From: Dehalococcoidia bacterium
GTDB taxonomy: Bacteria > Chloroflexota > Dehalococcoidia > UBA2979
Direction of reading: 5' to 3'
DNA length: 64,000 nucleotides
NCBI GenBank assembly: GCA_965208885.1
Contig: CBDBPS010000001.1
Coordinates: 297,445-361,444, forward strand
In this document: piece by piece, positions 63,001 through 64,000 of the stretch
Numbering within the stretch: the stretch's first letter is position 1
Layout of the letters: each line of letters opens with the position of its first letter
Made by a program: the position numbers and the translations under genes
The notes under the pieces: generated by a model
Told to the model about the DNA's origin: nothing
Seen by the model: only the letters and a program-made list of their open reading frames with translations
Databases searched by the model: none

Positions 63001-63957
63001 CTACGCGCCGTCACCATCCCCGCGATGCACTACCGGCAACACCTCTTCGATCAAGCGCCGTGTCTGCTCCATCAGCGCATCGTCGCCCTCCGCGATGGGG
63101 CGCACGACGAACTTGGTGACGCCGACGGCCACGTACTCCTCGACGCGACGGACGATGTCGGACGCGTCGCCGACCGCGAAGTGGTCCCTGGGGTCGGGGC
63201 GGTCCTGGACTGCCAGGCGGCCGAAGGCCGACGTGGCGCGCTCGACCTCGGGCTCGTCCCAGGAGCCGAAACGGTACGTGATGTTCGCGCCGTAGTGGTC
63301 GTCAGGGATGCGCTTGCCCTGCCGCGCCGCCTCCTCGCGGATCGACGCGACGACGGGCGCGACCTGCGCCGGCGTCTGCAGACCGCCCAGCCAGCCGTTG
63401 CCGTAGCGCACCGTGCGGCGGATCGCCGCCCGGCTGGAGCCGCCGATCCACAGCGGCATCGGCTGCTGCACCGGCGTCGGGGCGACCGAGGCGTGGGCGA
63501 CGCGGTAGTGATCGCCCTCGAACGTCACGCGCTCGCCGCGCCACAGCGCGGTCATGATCTCCAGCGCCTCGTTCGACCGCGAGCCACGCCCGCTCGCCTC
63601 GCGGCCGGTCGCGGCCCACGCCGGTGAGGCGTTGCCGCCGACGCCGAAGGCCGGGAGCAGCCGACCGCCGCTGAGGAAGTCGATCGTCGCGCACTCGGCG
63701 GCCAGTGCAATCGGGTCTCGCAGCGGCAGCACGACGACGTTCATACCGAACTTGAGCCGCTCCGTGGCCCCGGCGAGCGCGGCCATGAGACTCATCGTCT
63801 CCAGTTGCGGGCGCGGCGAGGCATCACTGGCCAGCAGCCGGTCCGACTGCCACAGGGAGTCGACGCCGCCGTCCTCGCACAGCTCGACCCAGCGCCAGAA
63901 CGCACGCGTCGAGGAGAACGGAAACGCGGCCATCCCAAGCCCGACACGCACGCTCAC
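63001..63957 (-). CDS. LLM class (luciferase-like) flavin/F420-dependent oxidoreductase
   Basis: TIM-barrel LLM features, a glycine-rich FGVGGN region and length of about 320 aa. Confidence 0.75.
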   Translation of the reverse strand: MSVRVGLGMAAFPFSSTRAFWRWVELCEDGGVDSLWQSDRLLASDASPRPQLETMSLMAALAGATERLKFGMNVVVLPLRDPIALAAECATIDFLSGGRLLPAFGVGGNASPAWAATGREASGRGSRSNEALEIMTALWRGERVTFEGDHYRVAHASVAPTPVQQPMPLWIGGSSRAAIRRTVRYGNGWLGGLQTPAQVAPVVASIREEAARQGKRIPDDHYGANITYRFGSWDEPEVERATSAFGRLAVQDRPDPRDHFAVGDASDIVRRVEEYVAVGVTKFVVRPIAEGDDALMEQTRRLIEEVLPVVHRGDGDGA

Positions 63958-64000
63958 AGTGTCCTCCTCGATGGCCCCGGTTGGGTCAGAGAGGCAGCGT

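Overview
This is a 64 kb, very high-GC (about 68-70%) chromosomal segment with densely packed genes on both strands. It reads like an Actinobacteria- or Chloroflexota-like genome, judging from Tat export, an F420/LLM oxidoreductase and a FAS-II locus. I found no rRNA, tRNA, CRISPR array, transposase or integrase. Because of the GC content, almost every real gene has a long spurious antisense ORF, and these were rejected. The recognisable housekeeping genes are yceD-rpmF, fabD-fabG-nusB-acpP, tatB-tatC, a family-4 UDG, RNase J, ftsK, uvrB, ruvA-ruvC-yebC, panD-panB-panC, polA-mutM, mobA / ydeP-family oxidoreductase / fdhD, and proXWV. The accessory content includes a fatty-acyl/lipid catabolic cluster with three paralogous acyl-CoA dehydrogenases sharing a conserved upstream motif, a thiolase-like Ltp, a family III CoA-transferase and an NDP-forming acyl-CoA synthetase. 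It also includes a G/C-rich palindromic repeat cluster, and a large secreted protein with two internal repeat modules plus a decayed copy of that module just upstream. A 21-bp x4 tandem repeat encodes a heptad-repeat ORF between uvrB and ruvA. The most unusual locus is an ABC exporter at about 52.4-62.9 kb. It has two divergently transcribed FtsX-type permeases of about 1100 aa each, tandem ATPases and two small membrane-anchored proteins, and the whole locus is bracketed by inverted DUF1640-like paralogs. Start codons are inferred from homology-based N-termini and local RBS/start context and are approximate in several cases. One stretch, around 48.2-49.3 kb, showed a 1-nt inconsistency between my reading of the printed sequence and the ORF track, so coordinates there may be off by one.
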